DNA of 32,000 bases from contig CP126532.1 in the NCBI GenBank assembly GCA_030167145.1, positions 510,001-542,000 of the forward strand. The letters run 5' to 3'. The notes under the pieces were generated by a model. It made no database searches. It was not told the origin of the DNA and saw only the letters and a program-made list of their open reading frames with translations. The stretch comes from Ktedonobacterales bacterium (GTDB taxonomy: Bacteria; Chloroflexota; Ktedonobacteria; Ktedonobacterales; JADMIN01). Position 1 is the first letter of the stretch. Every line of letters starts with the position of its first letter. A program made the translations under genes and the position numbers. Shown here one piece after another: positions 8,419 to 16,127 of this stretch.

Positions 8419-9339
8419 TCAGGAATGGGCAGAAGATGTATGTACAATCGCGTATCGGTCCCAGCCCGCATAATCGGTTCCAATGCGTACCGCACCGGTG
8501 GGGAAAGACTGGTGGGCCAGGGCGGTGACGGCGTCGCGCTGGTCGTAGCCGAACTCAAGGAAGAGCGTCGCGCCGGGGCGCAGATGCGCGGGCGCGTCGG
8601 CGAAGAAGCGGCGCAGGTGGGCCAAGCCATCGTCCGCGCTGTAGAGCGCCAGATGCGGCTCGAAGCGCGTGACATCAGGCGGGAGGGTCGCGGCGTCGCG
8701 CTCGGCGACATAGGGTAGGTTGGCGAGCAGCAGATCCACTGGCTCTGGCAACGGGGTGAGCAGGTCGCCTTGCAGGAAGGTAATGCGGTCGCTCACACCC
8801 AGCCGCTGCGTGTTTTCAGTGGCGAGGGCAAGGGCGGCGGGTGAGATGTCGGTGGCGTAGACGCGCGCCAAACGCGGCTCGTGACTGGCTAGCGAGGCAG
8901 CAACCGCGCCTGAGCCAGTGCCAATGTCGGCGGCGATGAGCACGGCGGTCGGTGCGTGCTCGAAGCGGGCACGTAGCTCGGTCAGCGCGGCTTCGACGAG
9001 CAGTTCGGTTTCGGGGCGGGGGATGAGTGCGCGCGGGTCGGTGAGGAAATCTAGCCCAAGGAACTCGCGGTGGCCAGTGAGGTAGGCGACTGGCTCGCGG
9101 TTGGCCCGCCGAGAGACGAGATCGGCGTACAGTGCCGCCTGTTCGGGCGTGAGCTGGCGCTCTGGGTAGGCGAGCAGCACGGGGCGGCTGGCGCCGGTGA
9201 CGTGCGCCAGAAGCACCTGGGCATCTAGGCTGGGCGAGTCGCTTGCCGCTGTGTCGCGGAGCCATGCGGTCGCCTGGTGAAGCGCGTCGCCCCAGGTGGC
9301 TGCCGCCGCGAGGGTGTCGTGGGTGACGTCATGGGGCAT
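8419..9339 (-). CDS. prmC: release-factor glutamine N5-methyltransferase (PrmC/HemK family)
   Basis: 306 aa. Contains the SAM-binding DIGTGSGAV, the HemK-type FLGLDF, and TRFEPHLALYSADDGL. The catalytic tetrapeptide reads NLPY instead of NPPY. RBS AAGGAGGA. Confidence 0.85.
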   Translation of the reverse strand: MPHDVTHDTLAAAATWGDALHQATAWLRDTAASDSPSLDAQVLLAHVTGASRPVLLAYPERQLTPEQAALYADLVSRRANREPVAYLTGHREFLGLDFLTDPRALIPRPETELLVEAALTELRARFEHAPTAVLIAADIGTGSGAVAASLASHEPRLARVYATDISPAALALATENTQRLGVSDRITFLQGDLLTPLPEPVDLLLANLPYVAERDAATLPPDVTRFEPHLALYSADDGLAHLRRFFADAPAHLRPGATLFLEFGYDQRDAVTALAHQSFPTGAVRIGTDYAGWDRYAIVHTSSAHS

Positions 9340-9378
9340 ACGCGCTCCTCCTTGGGATGAACCTTACCTAACCCCCAA

Positions 9379-9401
9379 CCCCTTCCCTGGTAGGGAAGGG
9401 G
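9379..9401. other. perfect 9-bp-stem hairpin in the thrS-prmC spacer
   Basis: CCCCTTCCC (9379-9387), loop TGGTA, GGGAAGGGG (9393-9401). It lies 40 nt upstream of the prmC start on the minus strand. Confidence 0.6.
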
Positions 9402-9467
9402 AGAAGGAACGGGCGTCCGTTTGATGCCCTTACGAAGCGCTGGCGAGCCAAATGAACAGGTGGGAGC

Positions 9468-9535
9468 GGCATTCCTGCCGGTAGGTGGACAGGAATGTTC
9501 ACCCTACCGAACTAATAGACAGGAATGTCCGCCCC
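9468..9535. repeat. cluster of three REP-like hairpin units (core GGACA-GGAA-TGTCC)
   Basis: GGCATTCCTGCC (9468-9479) is an inverted copy. CGGTAGG-TG-GACAGGAATGTT-CAC-CCTACCG (9479-9509) has a 7-bp outer stem. AGACAGGAATGTCCGCCCC lies at 9517-9535. The same core recurs at 12424-12443 and 16131-16148. Confidence 0.75.
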
Positions 9536-9554
9536 ACCAGCCAGCGGATATGAA

Positions 9555-9573
9555 CGGGCGTCCGCCGGACGCC
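9555..9573 (-). terminator. GC-rich hairpin immediately after the thrS stop (candidate terminator)
   Basis: GGGCGTCC-GCC-GGACGCCC has an 8-bp perfect stem and abuts the TAG at 9574-9576. On the minus strand it is followed by GUUCAUAU, which is only weakly U-rich. Confidence 0.4.
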
Positions 9574-11415
9574 CTACGAGACGGAGACCTGAGCGGGCCA
9601 GAGTTCCTGGCTGCGCTCGCGACGATAGGCGCTGGCGAGGGCGATGAACTCGGCGAGCGGCACAGCACCGATGTTCTCATTTGTGCGCAGGCGCAGCGAG
9701 ACTGCGCCGGACTCGGCCTCCTTATCTCCCACGACCAGCATATATGGAACTTTCTGCAACTGGGCGTCGCGCACTTTGGCGTTCATACGCTCTTTGCGCA
9801 TATCCACCTCGGCGCGCAGGCCCGCCGCTTGAAGCGCGGCAAGCACCTGTTGCGCGTATTCGCCGTGTTTCTCATCGGAGATGGGAATCACGACGGCCTG
9901 CACCGGCGCGAGCCACACGGGGAAGTTGCCCGCGTAGTGCTCGATGAGCACACCCAGGAAGCGTTCCGTCGAACCCATTATCGCGCGGTGGATGATCGCT
10001 GGGCGGTGCGGCTGGCCGTCCTCGCCGATGTACTCCAGGTCGAAGTTCTCTGGATGGAAGAAATCCAACTGGATCGTGGAGAGCTGCCATTCGCGGCCCA
10101 GCGCGTCGCGCGCCATGAGGTCCATCTTCGGGCCGTAGAACGCTGCTTCGCCCTCTGCCGCCTCGTAGTCGAGACCTTCGCTATCGAGGGCGGAGCGCAG
10201 ATCTTTCACCGCCTGCTCCCAGATGGCGGCGTCACCATGATACTTCTCGTGGTCCGAGAGATCTGGCAGCGAGAGGCGCATGCTGTAGTCCGTCAGACCA
10301 TACGTGCCAAGAATCTCACGCACCAGCTTGACCAGGTTGCTGAATTCGGAGAGCACCTGGTCGTGGCGCACGAAGATGTGCGAGTCGTCCTGCGTGAGCG
10401 AGCGAACGCGCGTCAACCCGGAGAGTTCGCCCTGTTTCTCGTAGCGATAGAGCGTGGCGAACTCAGCATAGCGAATCGGCAGTTCGCGATAACTATGGAT
10501 CTGTGACTTATAGAGCAGGAAGTGCGATGGGCAGTTCATCGGCTTCAGCTCAAAGCTGTTGTTCTCCAATTCTTCGACTGACTCGCCTTCGTGGGCATCG
10601 CGCTCTTCCTGCATCTTGGGGAACATGGAGTCGCGGTAATGGTACCAGTGCTTCGACTTCTTGTAGAGGCGCACACGGGCGATGTTGGCCGTCCAGACGT
10701 GCTGGTAGCCATGTTTTTCCTGGGTCTCGCGGACGTATTGTTCCATCTCGTGGCGAATGATCTCGCCTTTGGGCAGGAAGAGCGGGATGCCAGGGCCAAC
10801 GTCTTCGCTGAACGTGAAGAGGTTTAGCTCGCGGCCAATCTTGCGATGGTCGCGTTTCTTCGCTTCTTCGAGTTGCCAGAGGTAGTGGTCGAGGTCTTCC
10901 TGCGTGAACCACGCCGTGCCGTAGAGCCGCTGGAGCATCTGGCGCTTCTCGTCGCCACGCCAGTAAGCTCCGGCCACGCGCATCAGCTTGACGGGGCCGA
11001 TCTGGCCCGTATTTTCGACATGCGGCCCCCGACAGAGGTCCAGGAATGGCCCCTGCTGGTAGATGCCGACCTCGGCGTCGGGCAGATTCTCGATGATCTC
11101 GATTTTGTAGGGTTGGTCGCGCTCGCGGAAATATGCCAGCGCCTGCTCGCGCGGCCACATCGCATGAAGGAATGGGTGCCGCGCGGCGATACTCTGGCGC
11201 ATGCGCTCTTCGATGGCCGGGAAGTCGTCGGGCGTGAGCGCACGGGGCAGTTCCATGTCATAGTAGAAGCCGTCTTCGATGGCCGGGCCGATGGCAAAGC
11301 GTGCGCTAGGGAAGAGGTCCTGTACGGCCTCGGCCATCACATGCGCGGCGCTATGCCGCATGCGTTGCAGCGGCGTGTAGGCGACCGATGCGTTGAGTTC
11401 TTGTTCGACGGACAT
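9574..11415 (-). CDS. thrS: threonine--tRNA ligase (lacks the N-terminal TGS domain)
   Basis: Contains the editing-domain motif RHSAAHVMAEAV, then CRGPHV, AGAYWRGD, KRDHRKIG, class II core motifs (FTQDDSHIF, GPKMD, IHRAIMGSTERF) and an anticodon-binding C-terminus. I chose the ATG at 11415 (MSVEQ) because AAGGA lies upstream of it. The 5' extension of the ORF to 11742 is Ser/Pro/Cys-rich and unlike ThrS. Confidence 0.93.
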   Translation of the reverse strand: MSVEQELNASVAYTPLQRMRHSAAHVMAEAVQDLFPSARFAIGPAIEDGFYYDMELPRALTPDDFPAIEERMRQSIAARHPFLHAMWPREQALAYFRERDQPYKIEIIENLPDAEVGIYQQGPFLDLCRGPHVENTGQIGPVKLMRVAGAYWRGDEKRQMLQRLYGTAWFTQEDLDHYLWQLEEAKKRDHRKIGRELNLFTFSEDVGPGIPLFLPKGEIIRHEMEQYVRETQEKHGYQHVWTANIARVRLYKKSKHWYHYRDSMFPKMQEERDAHEGESVEELENNSFELKPMNCPSHFLLYKSQIHSYRELPIRYAEFATLYRYEKQGELSGLTRVRSLTQDDSHIFVRHDQVLSEFSNLVKLVREILGTYGLTDYSMRLSLPDLSDHEKYHGDAAIWEQAVKDLRSALDSEGLDYEAAEGEAAFYGPKMDLMARDALGREWQLSTIQLDFFHPENFDLEYIGEDGQPHRPAIIHRAIMGSTERFLGVLIEHYAGNFPVWLAPVQAVVIPISDEKHGEYAQQVLAALQAAGLRAEVDMRKERMNAKVRDAQLQKVPYMLVVGDKEAESGAVSLRLRTNENIGAVPLAEFIALASAYRRERSQELWPAQVSVS

Positions 11416-11467
11416 GTCACGGTGTCCTTTCTTGCCGCGCAGGGGCGGCATGGTGGGAATGGGCGAC

Positions 11468-11857
11468 TTACCTGACGTGCTGCTCTCGGCCATCAATGGC
11501 CGGAGCACGAACGACGGCAAGGTCGTGGCCATAGAGTGCGGCGTAGAGTTGCTGGCAGTGGGCAAGCCGCGCGTCGAGATTAGGTGCGCGCAGGGCGAGC
11601 CGCAGCAGATAGGCGAGCCGCTGATTGCGCACGGCCAGCGCATCAAACAGGTCTTCTTCGCGCCAGCAGACGAGCCGCTCGCGCGCCAGCGCGGCGATGC
11701 TGATGCGCCGTAGGACGCCATCGAGGAGCAGCGCGGCGGCATCGGGATGTGCGTCGAGCAGGGCGGAGGCGCGTCGCAGGTCGTCCGCTAGCTGGCGCTG
11801 TTCGAGCGCGCTGACTGGGCGCGGCTGGTGGGCGAGCAAGATAGGGTGTGCATTCAT
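11468..11857 (-). CDS. hypothetical helical protein (129 aa), probably co-transcribed with thrS
   Basis: ATG at 11857 (MNAHPILL) with GAAAGG upstream. Third-position GC is strongly elevated and the sequence is Leu/Ala/Arg-rich and helical in character. The stop lies 52 nt upstream of the thrS start. I recognise no family. Confidence 0.5.
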   Translation of the reverse strand: MNAHPILLAHQPRPVSALEQRQLADDLRRASALLDAHPDAAALLLDGVLRRISIAALARERLVCWREEDLFDALAVRNQRLAYLLRLALRAPNLDARLAHCQQLYAALYGHDLAVVRAPAIDGREQHVR

Positions 11858-12060
11858 CGTATGAGCTACCTTTCGGAGATGCCAAATCAGGCGAATATTG
11901 TCACGTGCGCGGTGTGTATTGAGATACATGCGAGCACGTGGTGGCGCCGCCGGGGGTGAGCCGGCGGATTAGATCTCCGAATAGATTGGAACGATGGGCA
12001 TGTCGCATAACAATCGGCCTTTGGGTGTCCACCGGACGCCCCTATGATAACCAGCAGGGC

Positions 12061-12099
12061 ATACAAAAAGCCCCTCCGTCCGCCTGGGACGAAAGGGCT
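12061..12099 (-). terminator. intrinsic terminator of the T-box leader
   Basis: Minus strand: AGCCCUUUCGUCC-CAGGC-GGACGGAGGGGCU followed by UUUUGUAU. The stem is 13 bp (2 G-U pairs), the loop 5 nt, with a U-tract after it. The CCC in the 5' arm can alternatively pair with the GGG of the T-box sequence. Confidence 0.65.
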
Positions 12100-12373
12100 G
12101 TACGGCGACATGCCTTCCGTGGTTCCACCCACATTCTACACGCGCGAAACGGCGAGCGGAGGCCCACCGGGGCGCGTGTACTTCATTAGTGGCCGGTAAC
12201 GGTGGCCTTCTCCGCAGACACCTACTGGAAGCCACGAAACGTGGCTCCGTTCGGCGCTGGGCTGGCGGGTGGTATTCGCGGGCGCTGCTCCCAGGGATGG
12301 CTCTCAGCTATTGCAATCCCGCGCTGTTGGGATGCGCGCGCTACTCGTCCCGCTCGTCGCCTTCAGTTCTTCT
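12061..12373 (-). promoter_or_regulatory. T-box riboswitch leader, predicted Thr (ACC) specificity
   Basis: Coordinates are plus-strand; sequences read on the minus strand. T-box sequence AAUGUGGGUGGAACCACGG (12135-12117) differs from consensus AANNNGGGUGGNACCGCG at one position. Candidate specifier-loop context is GAGUA (12346-12342) on the 5' side and GAAU-ACC-A (12276-12270) on the 3' side, with flanking GCGGG/CCCGC pairing. An intrinsic terminator lies at 12099-12065. Confidence 0.6.
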
Positions 12374-12379
12374 CCCAGC

Positions 12380-12408
12380 AGCATACCACCCTTGGGGCGC
12401 GATGTAAA
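12380..12408 (-). promoter_or_regulatory. sigma70-like promoter for the T-box leader
   Basis: Minus strand: TTTACA (12408-12403), a 17-nt spacer, then TATGCT (12385-12380). The predicted start near 12373 sits just before the proposed Stem I. Confidence 0.45.
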
Positions 12409-12423
12409 GGCATAGCGGGCGGG

Positions 12424-12465
12424 CAGACAGGAATGTCCGCCCCAACAGAGATATTCCGCCCCAAC
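12424..12465. repeat. REP-like hairpin unit plus a partial direct repeat
   Basis: CAGACAGGAATGTCCGCCCC lies at 12424-12443. TCCGCCCCAAC is then repeated at 12437-12447 and 12455-12465. Confidence 0.7.
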
Positions 12466-12573
12466 ACACCAGATGAGGTGCGCGTGCTACACTGCGTGCG
12501 AGCTTAGGTGTACGCCGCAGGTGGCCTCAGTGGGCGGCGACATGAGGGCATGAGCAGAGCAGAGGAGCGCGGC

Positions 12574-13788
12574 ATGGCCAGCACGGAGATTGAGTTACGC
12601 GGACATATCATAGATTCGTACACTCTGCCGCGTGTGTGGGGCGCTATCGAGGACGCGGGCGCGCGGTTCAGGGTGCGTGAGATGCACGTAGGCCAGAGCG
12701 AGATGGAGCCAAGCTTTGCGCGGATCGAGGTGATTGCTGGGGATGATGAGCAGCTAGGCGAATTGCTGGGCGAACTGCAACGGCTGGGCGCGACGCTGGC
12801 CACCGAGCAGGATGCGCGCACCGCGTTGGTGACGCAGCCGGGCGTGCTGCCGGACGACTTCTACTCCACGACCAATCTGCCGACGCAGGTGCGGGTGGCG
12901 GGACGATGGCTTGACGTTGAGAACATCGAGATGGATGTAGCGATTGTGGTGGACGCGGCGGCTGGGCGCGCCTACACTTGCCCGATGCACGAGGCGCGGG
13001 TGGGCGAGGCGGTGGTGGTGGGGTATGCGGGGGTGCGCGTGCAGCCATTGGAGCGGGCACGCCAGCACGAGACGTTCGGCTTCATGCAGAGCCAGGTGTC
13101 ATCGGAGCGGGCGAAGGCGCTGGCTATCGCCGAGGTGGCGCAGGCGATGCGTGAGGCGCGGGCGCAGAGCGGGCGGGTGCTGTTTGTGCTGGGGCCAGCG
13201 GTGGTGCATACGGCGGCGCGCGATGCGGTGGCCGAGTTGATCCGGCGTGGGTACATCCAGGTGATTTTCGGCGGGAATGCGGTGGTGGCGCATGATGTGG
13301 AGGCGGCGATGTTCGGCACGTCGCTGGGAATTGACCTGAAGACGGGCGAGGCGGTGGAGCATGGGCATCGCAATCATCTGCGCGCGATCAACGCGGTGCG
13401 GGGGGCTGGCTCGCTGGAGGAGGCGCACCAGCGCGGCATGCTAGGCGCGGGGATCATCGCGGCGGCGCTGGAACATGGAGTAGACCTGGTACTGGCGGGG
13501 TCCATCCGCGACGACGGGCCGATGCCGGGGGTGATTACCGATGCAGTGGCGGCGCAGGGGCGCATGCGCGCGGCGACGCGGGGGGTGACGGTGGCGGTGA
13601 TGGCAGCTTCAATGCTGCACGCCATTGCGACGGGGAATCTGCTGCCCGCGACGGTGCGGACAGTGGTGGTGGACATCAATCCGGCGGTGGTGACGAAGAT
13701 TGCCGACCGTGGCACAGCGCAGGCGGTGGGCCTCGTCACCGATGTGGAGCTGTTCCTCGGCGCGCTGGTGGCTGCGCTGCCCGCATGA
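12574..13788 (+). CDS. LOR/SDH conserved-region family protein (TIGR00300-like; related to archaeal-type ornithine cyclodeaminase and the ArgZ C-terminal domain)
   Basis: About 404 aa from the ATG at 12574 (RBS GAGGAG 6 nt upstream). The N-terminus is IELRGHIIDSYTLPRVWGAIEDAG. The later stretches FVLGPAVVHTAARD, IFGGNAVVAHD and LAGSIRDDGP fit my memory of this family. Confidence 0.65.
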   Translation: MASTEIELRGHIIDSYTLPRVWGAIEDAGARFRVREMHVGQSEMEPSFARIEVIAGDDEQLGELLGELQRLGATLATEQDARTALVTQPGVLPDDFYSTTNLPTQVRVAGRWLDVENIEMDVAIVVDAAAGRAYTCPMHEARVGEAVVVGYAGVRVQPLERARQHETFGFMQSQVSSERAKALAIAEVAQAMREARAQSGRVLFVLGPAVVHTAARDAVAELIRRGYIQVIFGGNAVVAHDVEAAMFGTSLGIDLKTGEAVEHGHRNHLRAINAVRGAGSLEEAHQRGMLGAGIIAAALEHGVDLVLAGSIRDDGPMPGVITDAVAAQGRMRAATRGVTVAVMAASMLHAIATGNLLPATVRTVVVDINPAVVTKIADRGTAQAVGLVTDVELFLGALVAALPA

Positions 13789-13824
13789 GCGCATTCGCTT
13801 CGGTCTGCGCCTCAGAATCTCAAG

Positions 13825-14619
13825 CTATGCGCCACCATCAAGCGATTCGTGAATACGGCGAACAGTTGCCGCGATGAGTGGGGCATCAGCGGGCTGGAGC
13901 GCTGCGGTGAGCAACCCAGCCGTCACGACGTACAGATGCAAGCCCGCGATCACCTGCTCGCGCAGGGATGGCGCATGGCCATGCGCGTCCTCGATGCCGA
14001 AAGCGTCGCGTCTCAGGCGCACCCACTCAGAGTCCGATCCCATCACTGTGATTAGCTCACCGTAGAATGCGTTGTCGCTTGAGAGCAACACCCCTCGCTT
14101 TGTCTGCATCACACGTGAAAGCCCCCACGAAAGGCCGAAGCGCGCGTTGAGCATACGCCCAATGTCATCTGTGCGTATCCCCGCCAGCCCTTTGTGGACC
14201 TCTTCAATCCAGCCGACCATTTGCTGACTCGCCCACACGTCAGCGCGCGCCTGCATCGCCGCGTCCCAGGCAAACGCACGCGCACGCTCTTGAATGGCCG
14301 CGAAGTAGTCATCGCGATCCACGAGCGCGCGGCCCACTCGCAGACCAGCGATGACTTTGACCGCTGCATCAGGGTTGCTAAACCACGTCTCGACCGCTGC
14401 GGATGACGTGTCGCTCACCACCACCAGTCGGTCATCAATCAGAAAGCTGCCGCTGGCTAGTGCGGATGACGCTAGATCGCCCTCCACAAAACGCACAAGG
14501 TCTACGTCGCTGTATTGTCCAGGAGCGCCTCGCGCATAGCTCCCCATGAGCACGATGGCGCGGATGCCTGTGCCATCGAAGTGGTGGGCTAGCGCAGCAA
14601 AATCAGGCTGGTCGGACAT
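13825..14619 (-). CDS. nucleotidyltransferase (Pol-beta fold) domain protein with a helical C-terminal domain
   Basis: NTase signature LMGSYARGAPGQYSDVDLVRF, followed by about 190 aa of helical region. I chose the ATG at 14619 (GGAG 9 nt upstream). An alternative ATG is at 14634. The ORF extension to 14718 would overlap the divergent gene start. Confidence 0.7.
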   Translation of the reverse strand: MSDQPDFAALAHHFDGTGIRAIVLMGSYARGAPGQYSDVDLVRFVEGDLASSALASGSFLIDDRLVVVSDTSSAAVETWFSNPDAAVKVIAGLRVGRALVDRDDYFAAIQERARAFAWDAAMQARADVWASQQMVGWIEEVHKGLAGIRTDDIGRMLNARFGLSWGLSRVMQTKRGVLLSSDNAFYGELITVMGSDSEWVRLRRDAFGIEDAHGHAPSLREQVIAGLHLYVVTAGLLTAALQPADAPLIAATVRRIHESLDGGA

Positions 14620-14716
14620 GACAGACTGCTCCATCTGACTACTGAATAGAAGGTGTGCTACAACTATATCAACCGCAACCCTGGACGGCCATCGAGGCGC
14701 GAGGAGGAAAGACAGC

Positions 14717-16108
14717 ATGCCGCCATCCGAACCAGAGCAGGTTGCGCCGTCTGCTTACGATCCACGTGAACTGGCCGAGCGGCTGCGGCGGGCGCTGCGT
14801 GACGAGGTCGTGTTGATAGGCGAGGCGTGCCAGGCGTATACCGCGCAGGGCGTGACACCCCAGGTCGTGGCCATGCCGACGGATGTGGATGGCGTCAGCG
14901 CCGCGCTGGCCGTCGCGGCGGAGCTGGGGGCAGCGGTTGTGCCGTGGGGTAGTGGTTCGCGGCAGGCGCTCGGCTATCCGCCACGGCGCTACGACCTGGC
15001 GCTGAGCCTCACGCGGCTGCAACAGGCGCTAGCCTATGACCCCGCCGACCTGACCATCTCGGTGCAGGCGGGCATCACCCATGCGCGGCTGGCCGGGCGG
15101 CTGGCTGAAGAGGGGCAGATGCTGCCACTGGATGTGTCGCTGCCCGAACGCGCGACCCTGGGCGGCACGCTGGCCACCGCTACGACGGGGCTGCGGCGCG
15201 CTCGCTATGGCGCCCCGCGCGACTTCGTGCTGGGGCTGCGGGTGGTGGACGCGCACGGAACCATTACCAAAACCGGCGGGCGCGTCGTCAAGAACGTCAC
15301 GGGCTACGACATGGGCAAGCTCTATCTCGGCTCGCTCGGCACGCTCGGCGTCATCGTCGAAGCGAACCTCAAGCTGCTGCCTGCGCCCGAAACGGAAACC
15401 ACCCAACTGGCGATATTTCCCGAACCGGAGCAGGCATTCGCCAGCCTGGATGCGCTGAACGCGCTGGCGCTGCAACCCGCCGCGCTGGTCGCGGTTCAGG
15501 TGGGGGCTGTGCCCGAACTGGTAGAACTCGCCCCTGCGCATCGCGACTATGTGCTGCTCGCGGCGCGGCTCGCTGGGCCAGCGGCGGCGGTGCGGCGTGC
15601 GGCGCGCGAGGCGGAAGGCGCGCTGAGCGCCAGCGGTGCGCGCACGTTGCTCACACTCGATACTGACGGGCACGCGACGTTTTGGAGCGCGCTCGAACGC
15701 TTCGCGCAGGCGGCGACCCGCACCCCCAACGAAACCTTGCTGCGCGTGACGGCGCTGCCAGCGGAGTGCGAGCGTGTCATTGCGCTGGCGCGCACGGCGG
15801 CGGACACGGCGGGCTGCGCGCTCACCTGGCTGGCGGATACGGCGGCGGGGGCCACATGGCTGCGGCTCCACGGCACTACCGGCAATACCAGCGACAACGC
15901 CGCATTCGGTCTCGCGCTTGACCGCGTGCTTCAGGCGCTGCTGCGTCATTGGAAGCATGTGCAAGTGCAGGATTGCCCGCCCGCTCTCAAGCGTTTGCTG
16001 CCCATCTGGGGCGCGGAATCGCCGGCCTTCAGCCTGATGCGCACCATCAAGCAGAGCTTCGACCCCGCCGGTCTGCTCAATCCGGGCCGCGCCATCGGCG
16101 GGCTTTGA
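14717..16108 (+). CDS. FAD-binding (PCMH-type) oxidoreductase, GlcE-like
   Basis: 463 aa. Contains VVPWGSGS, LGGTLATATTG, PRDFVLGLRVVDAHG, VVKNVTGYDMGKLYLGSLGTLGVIVEANLKLLP and the C-terminal DPAGLLNPG. RBS GGAGGA. Confidence 0.85.
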   Translation: MPPSEPEQVAPSAYDPRELAERLRRALRDEVVLIGEACQAYTAQGVTPQVVAMPTDVDGVSAALAVAAELGAAVVPWGSGSRQALGYPPRRYDLALSLTRLQQALAYDPADLTISVQAGITHARLAGRLAEEGQMLPLDVSLPERATLGGTLATATTGLRRARYGAPRDFVLGLRVVDAHGTITKTGGRVVKNVTGYDMGKLYLGSLGTLGVIVEANLKLLPAPETETTQLAIFPEPEQAFASLDALNALALQPAALVAVQVGAVPELVELAPAHRDYVLLAARLAGPAAAVRRAAREAEGALSASGARTLLTLDTDGHATFWSALERFAQAATRTPNETLLRVTALPAECERVIALARTAADTAGCALTWLADTAAGATWLRLHGTTGNTSDNAAFGLALDRVLQALLRHWKHVQVQDCPPALKRLLPIWGAESPAFSLMRTIKQSFDPAGLLNPGRAIGGL

Positions 16109-16127
16109 CGCCCATTCCACCGCGCTG

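Noticed and set aside
9421-10506. 361-aa plus-strand ORF antisense to thrS
   Set aside because: It lies entirely opposite a confidently identified thrS and is Arg/Ala/Gly/His-rich with no recognisable motif. This is a typical shadow ORF of high-GC DNA.
11416-11742. N-terminal 109-aa extension of the thrS ORF
   Set aside because: The sequence (MPPRCSSMASYGASASPRWRASGSS...) is unlike ThrS or a TGS domain. It overlaps the upstream 129-aa ORF in another frame, and the internal ATG at 11415 has a good RBS.
12385-12400. Second T-box-like string AAGGGTGGTATGCTG, suggesting tandem T-boxes
   Set aside because: It matches only the GGGTGG core. There is no upstream space for another Stem I before the divergent gene at 12574. 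It is better explained as the spacer plus -10 (TATGCT) of the leader promoter.
11940-12400. Possible tmRNA, RNase P RNA, SRP RNA, or cobalamin/TPP/glycine riboswitch in the 640-nt non-coding region
   Set aside because: I looked on both strands for GAGGAAAGTCC and ACAGAA-N-CGGCTTA (RNase P), for a T-arm plus a tag ORF ending in LAA (tmRNA), for GGAAGGAAGCAG (SRP), for the B12 box with AGGGAA context, and for CTGAGA...ACCTGATC (TPP). Only isolated short matches appeared. The T-box interpretation accounts for the order of elements.
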